This document shows positions 10,652-22,900 of a DNA stretch of 64,000 bases, in pieces. How positions within the stretch are numbered: the first letter of the stretch is position 1; each line of letters begins with the position of its first letter. The stretch comes from an uncultured Gemmatimonadales bacterium (GTDB lineage: Bacteria; Gemmatimonadota; Gemmatimonadetes; Gemmatimonadales; GWC2-71-9), in the NCBI GenBank assembly GCA_963841505.1, contig CAWJCZ010000005.1, positions 245,333-309,332 of the forward strand. Direction: 5' to 3'. The notes beneath the pieces were generated by a model. The model was not told the origin of the DNA. It saw only the letters and a program-made list of their open reading frames with translations, and made no database searches. The position numbers were made by a program, and so were the translations under genes.

Positions 10652-13143
10652 CAGGACTCCGGGAGCAAGGTCAGGGTGGATCGGACCCGGCCTTCAGCCA
10701 GCGCGTCGGGCCGGGAAGGAAACAGAATGGAATCGAGCGCGCCACCGAGCCACCGGGCGATCCGGTCATCGTACCGGGTGCTGGCGGGATTGCCCGATTG
10801 CCCTCCGGGATAGATACCCCTAACCCGGAGATCACGGCCCACCTCCGCCACCATGCGCCAGCTCGCGCCGTGGGTGCCTGACCCGGGAGACGGATTCAGC
10901 GTCCCGGTGCCCGCCGCGACCGGTAGATCCAGGGCGGAGAGACCGGGAAGATGCAGCAGATGCCAGATGTTGGCGTGATGGACCCGACCCCATCGCCACC
11001 CGGCTCCCGGTGGCCCCCACCGCTCCACCATTCTCACCCATCCCCGATGCAGGCTCTCGGCGAGAATGGCATCCCTCCGCTCGATCTCCGGAGTCCCCCG
11101 CCGGTCCCACCAGAGACTGCTGGGGTCGGCCAGAAGCTCCAGCAACACTTCGTCCTGGGGAACCGCGACCGGGTCCGCGGTCCCAGAACCGGAGTGACCC
11201 GCACCGGGAGGAATCAGCTCATCCCAGGTGAGCCGGGCAAGCTCGGACATGGTGGCCTCGAAAAGCCCGGCGGCTTGGCTCTCGAGAGCGTAGGTGTGAT
11301 CCCAGGACCCGAGAAGCGCACCCGCCGCGCGGGTCAGGCTGTCGGTCGCCGATGCCGCCGCCGCAAGGAAGTACGGCACGAAACGGTCGGCCCGCACGCT
11401 CCGGTCATCGCCTTGATAGCGGCGCATCGCCTCGGGGGTCACCGCGGAATCGGCCCGGAGCAGCTCATTGATGCGCATCGCTCGCCAGGGAGACGGCCAG
11501 TCGGCCCCCAGGTACCCTGGAGCCAGGCGCGGGTCCACCGGTTGCTGGTTGGCAGAGGCGAGAAAGCCCTGCGGCGGATTGAGCGCCGAGGGGTATCGCG
11601 CCGGCGGAAGGGTTCCAGTCCAGTCGCTGGCGCTCACGCTCCCGTCGAAGATCCGGTCGCCCCGCCCACCCCCGGGTCGCAGCGGAAATTTTCCGGTCGA
11701 GCGAATGGCGATGGTTCCGTTTCGATCGGCCACGATCCCATTCTGGGCCGGTCCCACGAACCCTTCCCAACCCGTCAGCCACTCCTCAACCGAGTGGGCC
11801 CGATCGAGCCGAAGGAATTCCTCGCCATTCGCTTTCGCGTCCCAGATCGTCCAGCGGATCGAGAGCCATTGCCCGTTCACCGAAACCAGCGGACCCCGGT
11901 GGGTAAACCGGACCGTGTCCACCGCGAGCACCTCACCCGCCCTCCCCCGCACGACTTCTTCGCGGAGCTCCAGCGGTTTCCACTCCCCGTCGAGCTGGTA
12001 GCGGGCGGGATGAGCCGGATCGTCGACCACTTCCCGATAGTGATCGCGAACGTCTGCCCCGGTATTCGTGAAGGACCACGCCAGGTCGCGATTGAACCCG
12101 ATGATCACGCCCGGAGAGCCCGCGAATGTCACTCCGGCCACATCGGTCCCGCCATCCACATGGAGATGGACCTCATACCAGATGGACGGGAGCGAAAGAT
12201 CGAGATGGGGGTCTCCGGCCAGGAGCGCAGCCCCATCGGCGGTGCGCCGTGGCGAAACCGCCCAGTTGTTGCTGCCGATGGCGTCGCCCCCCGGTCGGGG
12301 GACGATCCCCATCCTGGAGTTGACCGAGTCGAAGGCGTGGAGCGCAATCAGGGCAGACGTGTCAGGAGATCCCGGCGGAGCGAGCGGAACGAAGTCGAAC
12401 CGCGGCGCACTCTGACCATTCGGCTGGATCGGCTCCTGGATCGGACTGTTCACCGGGAAAAGGGCGTCGGCGGCGGCGGTGCCGACCAGCGCCCGGGCCT
12501 CGAGTTTCTCCAGGGTAGGATCGTCCCAGCCGAGGGTCAGTGACATCTGGAGAAAGAGGTAGAACGTGTTGATCGGTTCCCAGCGGGCCGGCCGGGCGTG
12601 CAGCAGGCGATACTCGATGGGAAGATCGGCCGGCGCGATGGTCGCGATGAACGCGTTCACCCCGTTCGCGTAGGCCTGGGCGGCGCGCAATCCGAGCGAA
12701 GTCGAATCGAGTCCCTGGAAGCTCCGGGTCGCCGCCCACGGAAATCCCCGGCGCCGGGTCGCCAGGTCAACGTCCCGGGCGCGAGGACCGACCAGCTCCG
12801 ACAGGGTTCCCGAGGCCGCGCGGGCCTGAAGCTCCATCTGAAACAGCCGGTCGCGGGCCAGCACGTAGCCCTGGGCACGCCAGGCATCCGTTTCGTTCGC
12901 CGCGAAGATGTGGGGCACTCCCCGATCGTCGTACAGCACCGACACCGGGGCCGAGAGGCCGGGGATCCGCGTCTCGAGGTGAGCGGGAAGCTCGGCGTGC
13001 CGTGCCAGAGCCCAGACTCCCGTTGCCGGGTTGAGGAAGCTGCCCAGGGGCGGAGCCGGCCCCGCGCCGCGGGCGCCGAGGACGAGGAGGCCGCCCAGCA
13101 CGGCGGCGGCAAGGAAGAGGCGAAACGCCGAGATCCGCATCAA
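10651..13143 (-). CDS. Penicillin acylase family protein (peptidase S45, Ntn hydrolase)
   Basis: DDRGVPHIFA, DRLFQMEL, GSNNWAV (nucleophile Ser), LLAGDPHL, SANQ, PGGQSG; N-terminal anchor. Confidence 0.95.
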   Translation of the reverse strand: MMRISAFRLFLAAAVLGGLLVLGARGAGPAPPLGSFLNPATGVWALARHAELPAHLETRIPGLSAPVSVLYDDRGVPHIFAANETDAWRAQGYVLARDRLFQMELQARAASGTLSELVGPRARDVDLATRRRGFPWAATRSFQGLDSTSLGLRAAQAYANGVNAFIATIAPADLPIEYRLLHARPARWEPINTFYLFLQMSLTLGWDDPTLEKLEARALVGTAAADALFPVNSPIQEPIQPNGQSAPRFDFVPLAPPGSPDTSALIALHAFDSVNSRMGIVPRPGGDAIGSNNWAVSPRRTADGAALLAGDPHLDLSLPSIWYEVHLHVDGGTDVAGVTFAGSPGVIIGFNRDLAWSFTNTGADVRDHYREVVDDPAHPARYQLDGEWKPLELREEVVRGRAGEVLAVDTVRFTHRGPLVSVNGQWLSIRWTIWDAKANGEEFLRLDRAHSVEEWLTGWEGFVGPAQNGIVADRNGTIAIRSTGKFPLRPGGGRGDRIFDGSVSASDWTGTLPPARYPSALNPPQGFLASANQQPVDPRLAPGYLGADWPSPWRAMRINELLRADSAVTPEAMRRYQGDDRSVRADRFVPYFLAAAASATDSLTRAAGALLGSWDHTYALESQAAGLFEATMSELARLTWDELIPPGAGHSGSGTADPVAVPQDEVLLELLADPSSLWWDRRGTPEIERRDAILAESLHRGWVRMVERWGPPGAGWRWGRVHHANIWHLLHLPGLSALDLPVAAGTGTLNPSPGSGTHGASWRMVAEVGRDLRVRGIYPGGQSGNPASTRYDDRIARWLGGALDSILFPSRPDALAEGRVRSTLTLLPES

Positions 13144-13667
13144 CGGGAGAGATGCATCGAGACCGGGAGAAGCGCAATCCGGTGGCGGGGTCGTACCGCG
13201 CGGCGGTCGTCATCCAGCCCGAAGTAATCCACGATCGCGTCCTCCAGGTCTTCCAGCAAGTCGAGGCCGGTGTGAAACTCCTCGGCATAACCCGGGTCGA
13301 TGAGCAGGAAGCCGTACGGGTAATCGAGCCCGGTCAGCATGATGCTACGCTGCACGCCTCCACCGAGCTGGACCACGACGGTGTCGGTTTCGACCCGGGC
13401 AAACTGGATGTCGGTATCCTGGAGGTACCGGGCGACCCCCTCGGCCAGCCGGAGGTATTCGGTGCGCGCGGCGCGGGCTTCCTCGCGGGGCAGCGTGTCG
13501 GTCCCCCGGAGCCAGAACCCCACCACGGTGGGCTGGACCACCACGGGCACCGCGGTCATCACCGCCGGAGCGCGATCGGTGCGGCCGGGGGGAACCGGCG
13601 CGGAACCGTCCCCGCACCCCGCCAGAAACAACAGGGTCCCGAGACCGGCCAGCGAGGCGGCGCGCAT
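13140..13667 (-). CDS. Hypothetical lipoprotein
   Basis: Lipobox LAGC; first gene of the coupled operon; TAGGTT 6 nt before ATG. Confidence 0.7.
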   Translation of the reverse strand: MRAASLAGLGTLLFLAGCGDGSAPVPPGRTDRAPAVMTAVPVVVQPTVVGFWLRGTDTLPREEARAARTEYLRLAEGVARYLQDTDIQFARVETDTVVVQLGGGVQRSIMLTGLDYPYGFLLIDPGYAEEFHTGLDLLEDLEDAIVDYFGLDDDRRAVRPRHRIALLPVSMHLSR

Positions 13668-13679
13668 CCGCCAAACCTA

Positions 13680-13726
13680 ACCGATGCAAGCGAATGCTTG
13701 CATCGGTCCCGAGCCCCGGCTAGTTT
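13680..13726. promoter_or_regulatory. Perfect 12-bp inverted repeat (likely TetR operator) over divergent promoters
   Basis: ACCGATGCAAGC-GAAT-GCTTGCATCGGT (13680-13707); overlaps TTGCAT-N17-TAGTTT upstream of tetR. Confidence 0.7.
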
Positions 13727-13735
13727 GGCTGCGAC

Positions 13736-14344
13736 ATGATTTCCCGCGACAAACTCCTGCGCGCCGCCACCGAGCTCTATGCCGAAACCGGGTTCCGGGG
13801 CACCACCACCCGGCGGATCGCCCGGCGCGCGGGGGTCAACGAGGTCACCCTGTTTCGCCAGTTCGGCTCCAAGAGTGCGTTGCTCCAGGAGGCGATTCGG
13901 TGCGCCTGTCTGCATGGTGAGGCCCCCAGCCTGCCGGCCCGACCGGGCCCGGATGTCGCTGGGGAACTCCTGACCTGGTCCCGGATGGTCTGGGAAGGAC
14001 TCTGGCGCCACCGGGGCGTGATCCGCACCTCACTCTGCGAGCTGGAAACCTTCCCCGAGCTTTCTCCCCGGGAGAACGCCGCCACGGTGCGCGCGGCCCG
14101 CGAGCTCACCGGGTATCTCCGCCGGCTGAAGTCCCGCGGAAGGATCTCGGCCTCGGCCGATGTCACCAGTGCGGCGGCGCTCTTCCTTGGCGCCCTGTTC
14201 ACCGACGCCATGAGCCGCGATGTGCTGTCGTTCCTCTACCGCCGGGCGCCGTCCGATTCGATCGCACAGTACGTCGATCTGTTCGTGCACGCGATCCGGC
14301 TTACCTCTGCCAGGAGCCGGGCCGCCAGCCCGGAGTCACGATGA
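13736..14344 (+). CDS. TetR/AcrR family regulator
   Basis: GFRGTTTRRIARRAGVNEVTLFRQFGSK helix-turn-helix. Confidence 0.95.
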   Translation: MISRDKLLRAATELYAETGFRGTTTRRIARRAGVNEVTLFRQFGSKSALLQEAIRCACLHGEAPSLPARPGPDVAGELLTWSRMVWEGLWRHRGVIRTSLCELETFPELSPRENAATVRAARELTGYLRRLKSRGRISASADVTSAAALFLGALFTDAMSRDVLSFLYRRAPSDSIAQYVDLFVHAIRLTSARSRAASPESR

Positions 14345-14821
14345 CCGGCATGCCGATTCCCCGGATCCGGGAGGCCTCGATCAAGAGCGCCCCGGACCAT
14401 CACGACGCCGAACTGATCCTGCGGCTGTATGAGCTCCGCCGCGAGCCGGTGCATCCGGGAGTCCCGCCGCGCCATGGTCGCCTTCCAGCCCGCCTCCTTG
14501 GAGGCGGCCCTGGCCATCACCAAGAGCGACCATCCGGACAATGCCGCCTATCGCCAGGTGGTGGGCTACTGGGAAATGGCGTACGGCATGGCGCGGCACG
14601 GCATCGTCAACCCCGATTACCTGGTCGAATCGAATGGCGAAGGCCTGCTGATCTTCGCGGCGTTCCATCCCTGGCTTGCCGAGTTCCGCGGGGCGGTTTC
14701 TCCCCGCGCGTTCCGGCATGCCGAATGGATCGCGACCAGTTGCGACGAAGGCCGCACCCTGTTCGGGGTCTTTCGCCAGCGGGTGGAAGCCCGGCTGGCG
14801 CCCCAGCCGAAAGGACGTTGA
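14341..14821 (+). CDS. DUF4760-like hypothetical protein (frameshift at about 14450)
   Basis: DAELILRLYELRRE joins RESR...NAAYRQVVGYWEMA...ESNGE in the next frame; TGA overlaps the ABC gene ATG. Confidence 0.7.
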
Positions 14822-16693
14822 TGGCGGAGCCTCCCAAGCAGAAAAAGAAAATCAGCTTCTCCGTCGCGTGGCGGGAAGCCCGCGAGCTGGTCTGGCGCTA
14901 TCGGAGCCGCCTGCTTCTCGGGTTCGTGATCATGCTGATCAGCCGGGTCGCCGGCCTGGTCCTCCCCATGAGTTCCAAGTACGTGGTGGACCACGTCTTC
15001 ATCGAGCACCGCACCGAGCTGCTCACCCCCATCGCGCTGGCCATCCTGGGCGCGGCGGTGGTCCAGGCCGCGACCTCGTTCGCCCTGGTCCGGGTGCTCG
15101 GCATCGCGGCGCAGCGGGCCATCACCGACATGCGCCGGTCGGTGGAAGAGCACGTGCTCCGGCTGCCGATCCAGTTCTTCGACCAGACCCAGACCGGGAT
15201 TCTGCTGTCGCGGGTTATGAACGACGCCGACGGGATCAGGAACCTGGTCGGCACCGGGCTGGTCCAGCTGGTGGGTGGATTGCTCACCGCGGCGATCGCC
15301 ATGGGCGTGCTCCTGGCCACCAACTGGCGGCTCACCGTCGGCACCCTGTTGGTGCTGCTTCGTGTTCGGCGGCGGAATGGCCTTCGCCTTCAGCAAGCTC
15401 CGCCCGATCTTCCGGGAGCGCCAGAAGCTCACCGCCGCGGTGAGCGGCCGGCTCACCGAATCCCTCGGCGGCATCCGGATCGTCAAGTCGTACGTCGCGG
15501 AGCGCCGGGAGGACTACGTCTTCACCAAGGGCGTCAACAAGATGTTCCGGAACGTCGCGACCACCATGACCGGGATCGGCGGAGTGACCGCCCTGTCAGG
15601 TATCGTGGTGGGCAGCATCGGCGCGATCATGCTGTGGATCGGCGGGCACGACATCATCGCGGGCCGGATGACCCTGGGCGACCTGGTGCGCTACGTGTTC
15701 TTCACCGGCCTCATGGCCGCGCCGCTGATCCAGATCGCCTCGATCGGGACCCAGATTACCGAGGCGTTCGCGGGGCTCGACCGGATCCGGGAAATCCGTT
15801 CGATGCCGACCGAAGACGACGAGGACGTGGATCGCAAGCCGATCGCCGATGTCCGGGGCGACGTGGAGTTCCGGAACGTGTCGTTCGAGTACGTGACGGG
15901 GGTCCCGGTCATCCGCAACGTCTCCTTCCGCGCGCCGGCAGGAACCACAACCGCCCTGGTCGGCTCGAGCGGCTCGGGCAAGAGCACCTTGATGAGCCTG
16001 GTCATGGCGTTCAACCGCCCTCAGGAAGGCAGTGTGATGATCGACGGCCGGGACCTGAACACTCTTCGACTCCGCGATTATCGGGGCCGCCTGGGCATCG
16101 TCCTCCAGGACAACTTCCTGTTCGACGGCACCGTCGCCGACAACATCCGTTTCAGCCGGCCCGAGGCCAGCCGTGCCGACGTGGAGGCGGTCAGCCGGAT
16201 CGCCCACTGCGACGAGTTCATCCAGGGATTCCCCGAGAAATACGACACCATCGTGGGCGAGCGCGGGGTCAAGCTGTCGGGAGGCCAGCGACAGCGGGTC
16301 GCGATCGCCCGCGCCATCCTGGCCAATCCGGCCATCCTGCTCCTCGACGAGGCGACCTCGAGCCTCGACAGCGAAAGCGAGGGTCTGATTCAGGATGGTC
16401 TGCGATCCTTGCGGAAGGGGCGCACCACGTTCGTCATCGCGCACCGGCTCTCGACCATCATGAGCGCCGATCAGATCCTGGTCCTGGAGGGCGGGCAGAT
16501 CGTGGAGCGCGGCACCCACCGCGAGCTGCTCGCGGTGGGCGGGCGGTACCGTCAGCTGTATGACAAGCAGTTCAAACTGGAGCGGGACCGCTTCATCAAC
16601 CCGGGCGAGGACTTCACTCCGGAGCCCGAGGCCTCCCCGGTCCCGGTGAGGGGCGGCGGAGCGCCGCCCATCGTTCCGGGCCGTCGAGACTAA
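14821..16693 (+). CDS. ABC exporter, fused permease/ATPase (frameshift at about 15360)
   Basis: TM domain then GSSGSGKST, LSGGQRQR, LLLDEATSSLD, IAHRLST. Confidence 0.93.
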
Positions 16694-16694
16694 G

Positions 16695-16719
16695 GAAAAT
16701 GGGGTCAGACTCCATTTTC
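16695..16719. terminator. Palindrome between convergent genes (bidirectional terminator or REP-like element)
   Basis: GAAAATGGGGT-CAG-ACTCCATTTTC: 11-bp stem with one G-U pair, 3-nt loop. Confidence 0.55.
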
Positions 16720-17219
16720 TACTTCATCGGCATCGCGGGGAGATCGCTGTTCCAGATGTCCTGCGCCAGCATCCACTTCCCGTCGACCTGGCGCCAGACC
16801 ACAACATACTTCCCGGTATCGGTCATCGGCGCCTTGGCGCCCGGCGGCGTCATGGTGACTGAGTAGGTCCCTCGCTCCACCGCCATGGGCCCGTCGGCCG
16901 AAACCGATTGCGCGGTCAGGGTCAGCTGGGCCTTCATCCCGGTGAACTCTCCGAACAGCGCCTTGATGGCGTCCCTGGTGGTCGCCGCCGGCATGTTGGG
17001 CGCCATCACGACGGCATCGTCGGTGTACATCCCCGCCACCACGTCGCCATGGCCCATATTGAGATGGGTGGTGAACTCACGGTTGAGTGAGTCGATGGCG
17101 GTGTGAGCCGCCGCAGATTCGTTCTGCATTCGCATCTGGGCCTGCTCGGCGGTCTCCGCCTTGGGCTGACAGGCCGCCACCGCGAGTACTACCATGGGAA
17201 CCAGCGCCGGAAACCGCAT
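16719..17219 (-). CDS. NTF2-like / DUF4440 lipoprotein
   Basis: Lipobox VAAC; YTDDAVVMAPN, AVERGTY, DTGKYVVVWRQ.DGKW...DIWNSD; GGAGG before ATG 17219. Confidence 0.88.
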   Translation of the reverse strand: MRFPALVPMVVLAVAACQPKAETAEQAQMRMQNESAAAHTAIDSLNREFTTHLNMGHGDVVAGMYTDDAVVMAPNMPAATTRDAIKALFGEFTGMKAQLTLTAQSVSADGPMAVERGTYSVTMTPPGAKAPMTDTGKYVVVWRQVDGKWMLAQDIWNSDLPAMPMK

Positions 17220-17251
17220 GTTGCCTCCGTTCAGTGAGCGTGGGTGACGAG

Positions 17252-19405
17252 TCAGGCGGAGACCGCCCGGATGGGAAGCCGGCGGACCCGCTGTTTGGTC
17301 AAGGCATACACCGCGTTGCACACCGCAGGAGCGATGGGGGGAGTTCCCGGTTCGCCGATGCCGGTCGGCGCTTCGGTGCTGGGAACCAGATGCACCTCGA
17401 TCACCGGCATCTCGCGCATCCGAAGCAGCGGGTAATCGTGGAAGTTGCTCTGGGCGACCCGGCCGTTGTCGATGGTGATCTCTCCATGCAGCGCCGCGGT
17501 CAGGCCGAATACGATGGCGCCTTCGACCTGGGCGCGCACCGTGTCCGGATTCACCACCGTTCCGCAATCCACCGCCGCGACCACCCGATGGACCTTCACG
17601 GTGCGGTCCGGATTGAGCGAAATTTCGGCGACTTCCGCGACGTAGCTGTTGAACGACTCCACCACAGCTATCCCGCGCGCCGAGCCGTCGGGTAAGGGGG
17701 ATCCCCAGCCGGCCTTCTCCGCGGCCAGCTTGAGCACGCCGAGGTGACGCGGCTTGCTGGCGAGCATGGCCTCGCGGAAGGCCACCGGGTCCTTTCCGGC
17801 GGCCCAGGCAAGCTCGTCAATGAAGGATTCGGTGACGAACCCGTTCTGCGAGGACCCCACCGAGCGCCAGAACCCTACCGGGATCTGCCAGCCGGGGTGG
17901 ACTGCGTCGATCAGAATATTGGGAATCTCATATGGCAGGTTCTTGACCCCTTCGACCGCATCGTTGTCCACCGCCGTGCGAGGCGCCCCGAAGAGGGACG
18001 CGCTGATCGAGGGGCAGACGATGCGCGCGGTCAGTCCGCTCGCGGTGCCGTCGCCCGCCAGGGAACCGGCGAACTCGACCCGGGTCGAGGGCCGGTAGAA
18101 ATCGTGCTGAATATCGTCTTCGCGCGACCAGAGCACCTTGACCGGAGCTCCGGCGAGCTTCGAGGCCTCGACCGCCTCGGCCACGAAATCCTGCATGAAC
18201 CGGCGGCCGAATCCGCCGCCCAGATAGGTGGTGTGGACCGTCACCTTGGATGGGTCGAGACCGGTGATCTTCGCCGCAGTCTCCAGGACTCCGCCGCCGA
18301 AGGCAGCGCCACTCTGGTATTGGGTCGGCGCCCAGACCGTGCAACGATCCGCCTCGACATGCGCCGTCGCGTTCATCGGCTCCATGCAGGCGTGGGCCAG
18401 GTAAGGCGCTTCATAGGTCGCGCTGACCTGTTTGTCGCTCCGGACCAGGCCTCCGCTTCCTTCCTTGCGGGCAACCATGCCGGCGCGCTTCGCCAGTCCG
18501 GTGGCATCGGTCCGCATGGTTTCTGTGGTCGCGGCGGCACCGGCGCCGTCATCCCACACCACCTTGAGCGCTTCGCGGCCCTGGTGGGCCGGCCAGTAGC
18601 CATCGGCCAGAACCGCAATACCGGTGGAAATGTGAACCACTTTCCGAACCCCCGGGACGGCGAGCGCGGCCTGTTCATCCCACCCCTTCGCCTTTCCACC
18701 AAACACCGGTGATCGAGCGACCACGCCGACCAGCATCCCGGCCACCTCGACATCAATTCCGAACTGAGCCTGGCCGGTCACCTTGTCCTGAAGGTCGAGC
18801 CGGGGCACCGGAGTCCCGATGAGCCGGTAGGTCTTGGGATCCTTGAGGGAGACCTTGTCGGGCACCGGAACCTGGGCGGCGCGCTCGGCGACCTCGCCGT
18901 AGCGCATGCGCCGACGACTTCCCGCATGAACCACCGAACCCATCTCGGTAGTGCATTCGGTGGGATCCACGCCCCACGCCTGGGATGCGGCGGTGATGAG
19001 CATCGCCCGCGCCTTGGCTCCCGCTTCGCGGAGCGGAACCCAGGCCTGCGCCACGCTGGTGCTGCCCCCGGTGGCCTGAACCGGGAATAGATGATTGTTG
19101 TATTCGGCGCCGGCGGGCGCCGGCTCGATCCGCACCTGTTCCCACGGCACGTCGAGCTCTTCGGCCACCAGCATCGGCAGGGAGGTGTAAGTCCCCTGCC
19201 CCATCTCGGAGCGATCGACCACCAGAGTCACGGTGTCATCGGTGGAAACCCGGATCCAGGCGTTCGGCAGGAACGGCGTGGTGACCGGCCCCTTGGGGGC
19301 GGAGCAACCGGGCAGGTGAATTGCGATCGTGAGACCGGCACCCGCCGCCGCGCCGACCTTGAGGAAGTCTCGCCGGGAAACCGGACTGCGCTGGGAGGTG
19401 GTCAT
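17252..19405 (-). CDS. iorB: Xanthine dehydrogenase family molybdopterin subunit (isoquinoline 1-oxidoreductase beta-like), Tat-exported
   Basis: SRRDFLK Tat motif, [37 protein letters not shown]. Confidence 0.92.
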   Translation of the reverse strand: MTTSQRSPVSRRDFLKVGAAAGAGLTIAIHLPGCSAPKGPVTTPFLPNAWIRVSTDDTVTLVVDRSEMGQGTYTSLPMLVAEELDVPWEQVRIEPAPAGAEYNNHLFPVQATGGSTSVAQAWVPLREAGAKARAMLITAASQAWGVDPTECTTEMGSVVHAGSRRRMRYGEVAERAAQVPVPDKVSLKDPKTYRLIGTPVPRLDLQDKVTGQAQFGIDVEVAGMLVGVVARSPVFGGKAKGWDEQAALAVPGVRKVVHISTGIAVLADGYWPAHQGREALKVVWDDGAGAAATTETMRTDATGLAKRAGMVARKEGSGGLVRSDKQVSATYEAPYLAHACMEPMNATAHVEADRCTVWAPTQYQSGAAFGGGVLETAAKITGLDPSKVTVHTTYLGGGFGRRFMQDFVAEAVEASKLAGAPVKVLWSREDDIQHDFYRPSTRVEFAGSLAGDGTASGLTARIVCPSISASLFGAPRTAVDNDAVEGVKNLPYEIPNILIDAVHPGWQIPVGFWRSVGSSQNGFVTESFIDELAWAAGKDPVAFREAMLASKPRHLGVLKLAAEKAGWGSPLPDGSARGIAVVESFNSYVAEVAEISLNPDRTVKVHRVVAAVDCGTVVNPDTVRAQVEGAIVFGLTAALHGEITIDNGRVAQSNFHDYPLLRMREMPVIEVHLVPSTEAPTGIGEPGTPPIAPAVCNAVYALTKQRVRRLPIRAVSA

Positions 19406-19860
19406 GCCGACACCTGCCCTGCGGCCCGATGGATGGCCCGCCGGATCCGTTGATAGGTTCCGCACCGGCACAGGTTCTCCGACATGACGTCGTCGATATC
19501 CTGGTCGGTCGGCTTGGGGTGCTTCTGCAGCAGCGACGCGGCCCGCATGATCTGGCCCGACTGACAGTATCCACATTGGGGAACCTGCTCCGCGACCCAG
19601 GCGCGCTGCACCGGGTGATTCCCGCTGGAGGACAGCCCCTCGATGGTCAGCACCTTTTTCCCGTCCACCGCGCTGGCGGGGAGCTGGCAGGACTTCTGGG
19701 CTTCGCCGTCCAGGTGCACCGTGCAGGCGCCGCACTGGCCGATGCCGCATCCGAATTTGGTCCCATGCAGATGCAGGTTGTCGCGGAGGATCCAGAGCAG
19801 GGGCGTGTCGGGCGGAACGTCCACCGAAATGGATTTTCCGTTGATGGTGAATGACACCAT
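19402..19860 (-). CDS. iorA: (2Fe-2S)-binding small subunit
   Basis: [33 protein letters not shown]; coupled to the large subunit. Confidence 0.95.
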   Translation of the reverse strand: MVSFTINGKSISVDVPPDTPLLWILRDNLHLHGTKFGCGIGQCGACTVHLDGEAQKSCQLPASAVDGKKVLTIEGLSSSGNHPVQRAWVAEQVPQCGYCQSGQIMRAASLLQKHPKPTDQDIDDVMSENLCRCGTYQRIRRAIHRAAGQVSA

Positions 19861-19982
19861 GATGGGCCTCGGTGAGGTGGGGGCGGACAAAATGTACTCC
19901 GATGCAACCCAAGGTGCTGGCTCGAGCATCAAAGCAGGTATTACCTTCGAGGTTTCCTGGCATGCCATCCGGAGCTTCATCT

Positions 19983-22900
19983 ATGTCCTGGTTCCGATCC
20001 TGGGCGTTGGGGCTGCTCGCCTCGCCGCTCTTCCTGGTCCCGTCCGCCCTCCGACAATCTGAGCAGCCCGCCCCGGCCGACACCGGCAGCAACGGGCTTC
20101 CGCTCCAGCCGGCGCGCTGGGCCAAATTCACCACCTCCAAAGGGACCTGGATCTCGCTGGATGTGAGCCCCGACGGCCAGACCATCGCCTTCGATCTCCT
20201 GGGCGATCTGTACACCATGCCCATCACCGGGGGAACGGCGACCCGCCTCACCGGCGGGCTCGCCCACGACATGCAGCCGCGCTGGAGCCCGGACGGGAAG
20301 CAGATCGTGTTCGTCTCCGACCGGAGCGGCGACGAGAACGTCTGGCTGGTCGGCGCCACCGGCGGCGAGCCTCGCCCGGTCACCACCGGCGACGACATGG
20401 CCTACCTCTCGCCCGACTGGACCCCCGACGGGAGCTACATCGTGGTCTCGAAGGAGACCCCCACCAGCCTCGGCAAGCTGTGGCTGTACCACGTGAAGGG
20501 CGGCCGGGGCCTCGAGCTCACCGCGGCGCCGCCCGCGGTCCGGATGACCGGACCGGCGATGGGTCCTAACCCGCGCTACGTCTGGTACGACCAGCGCCTG
20601 GGTTCCTGGCAGTACAACGCGATTTTCCCCCAGTATCAGGTCGCGGTCTACGACCGGGAGAGCGGCACCCGCACCACGATGACCTCACGCTATGGATCGG
20701 CCTTCCGTCCCGCTCTCTCCCCCGACGGCAAGTGGCTCAGCTACGGCTCCCGCCACGACGCCGAGACCGGACTGGTGCTTCGGGAGCTGGCGACCGGGGA
20801 GGAGCACTGGGTGGCCTATCCGATCCAGCGGGACGACCAGGAATCGCTGGCCAACATGGATGTCCTGCCGGGGTACAGCTTTACCCCGGATTCCCGCGCC
20901 ATCGTCATCTCCTATGGCGGCGAGATCTGGCGGGTCCCGGTGGAAGGCGGCGACGCCACCAAGGTTCCCTTCACCGTGAACGCCGATGTGGCGGTTGGCC
21001 CCGAAGTGCATTTCGAGTACCCGGTGGACACCGCCGCGACCTTCACGGTCCGCCAGATCCGGGACGCGGTGCCCTCGCCCGACGGGAAGCGGCTGGCGTT
21101 CACCGCGCTCGACCGGCTCTACGTCGCCGACCTGCCGGGCGGCACCCCGCGCCGGGTGACCAGCCAGGATGCCGGCGAATACTTCCCGGCCTGGTCTCCC
21201 GACGGAACCGCGCTGGCCTACGTCGGATGGGACGACCGGAACGGCGCCATCATGCGGGTTACGGTCTCGGATCGGGGTCCGGCGGCCCCGGTCGCCCTGA
21301 CCCGCGCCTCCGGCTACTACCGCCAGCTGGCCTGGTCGCCCGACGGGCAGCGGATCGTGGCGATCCGGTCCACCACGCAGGAGCTTCGTGACGCGTTCGA
21401 TCCCTTCGTGGCCGGCCTGGGCTCGGAGTTCGTCTGGGTTCCCGCGGCGGGCGGCGATCTCACCGTGATTGCCCCCACCGCGGGCAAGAACCGGCCCCAT
21501 TTCACCACCGATCCGACCCGGATCTATATGTATGGGCTCGCCGAGCCCGACCCCCTGGTGCAGGGCCAGACCGCGACCGTCGCGCTGAGCTCGATGCGGT
21601 GGGATGGCACCGATCTGCGGCGCCATCTCAGAGTGACCTGGCGCCTCCCCTTCAGTGCAATGGCGTATCGGATGTCGGAGAACGCCGACGTCCCGATGCC
21701 GCGCGATTTCGAAAAGGAGCCGTCGATCCCCACGACCAGCGCCGCGGTGGTCATGATGGCGCCCCGGGGAGACCAGGCCATCGCCGTGGTGAACCGTGAC
21801 GTGTACGTCGTCACGGTGCCCGTGACCGGCGGCAACGTGCCTACCGTCATGGTGACCGCGCCGGACAGCGCAGCCATGCCGGTCAAGAAGCTCACCGATA
21901 TCGGCGGAGAGTTCGCCACCTGGAGCGCCGACGGACGCTCGGTGCACTGGTCCATCGGAAACGCGTTCGTCACCTATCGGCTGGACCGGGGCGACGCCGA
22001 CAGCACCTATCGCCCGGAAGAAGTCCGGGTCCGGGTCTCCGCGAATCGGGACATTCCCCGGGGAACCTCGGTGCTCCGGGGCGCGCGGGTCGTCACCATG
22101 CGCGGCAACGAGGTCATCGAAAACGCCGACCTCCTGATCCGCGACAGCCGTATCGTTGCGGTCGGCGCGAGAGGCAGCGTCACCATTCCCGACGGCGCCA
22201 AGGTGATCGACGTCGCCGGCAAGACGATCATTCCCGGGTTCGTGGACACCCACTCCCACATGTGGAACCTGTGGGGCCTCCACTGGACCCGGCCCTGGAT
22301 CTACCAGGCCAACCTGGCCTACGGTGTCACGACGACGCGGGATCCTCAGACCGCCACCACCGACGTCTTCAGCTACCAGGACCGGGTCGAGGCCGGCATG
22401 ATGCCGGGTCCCCGGATCTACTCCACCGGCCCGGGGGTCTTCTGGGCCGAAGGAATCAAGAGCCTCGATCAGGCCCGCACCGTGCTGAGGCGCTACAGCG
22501 ACTACTGGGATACCAAGACATTCAAGATGTATCTGTCGGGAAACCGTCGTCAGCGTGAATGGCTGATCATGGCGGCTCGGGAGCTCAAGCTCATGCCGAC
22601 CACGGAAGGTGGGCTCGACTATCGCCTCAACATGACCCACGCGATGGACGGGTATCCCGGTGTCGAGCATACCATGCCGATCACCCCCGCCTTCGGCGAC
22701 GTGGTCGAGCTCTTCAAGACCTCCGGCACCACCAATACCCCGACCCTGCTGGTCAACTACGGCGGACCCTGGGCCGAGGACTACTACTACACCCGCGAGA
22801 ACGTGGTGGGGGATCAGAAGCTCAATCACTTCACCCCGAAGGAAGAGATCGACAGCAAGGCGCGCCGGTTGGAGTCACGCCCCGGTCCGGGCGCCTGGTT

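Noticed and set aside
14341-16563. 740-aa ORF looking like a DUF4760-ABC fusion
   Set aside because: Produced by two indels; separate genes with a TGA/ATG overlap at 14821 explain it.
17252-20398. 1048-aa ORF suggesting a long N-terminal extension or fusion on IorB
   Set aside because: The real start is the Tat signal at 19405; the extension overlaps iorA and the divergent gene in other frames.
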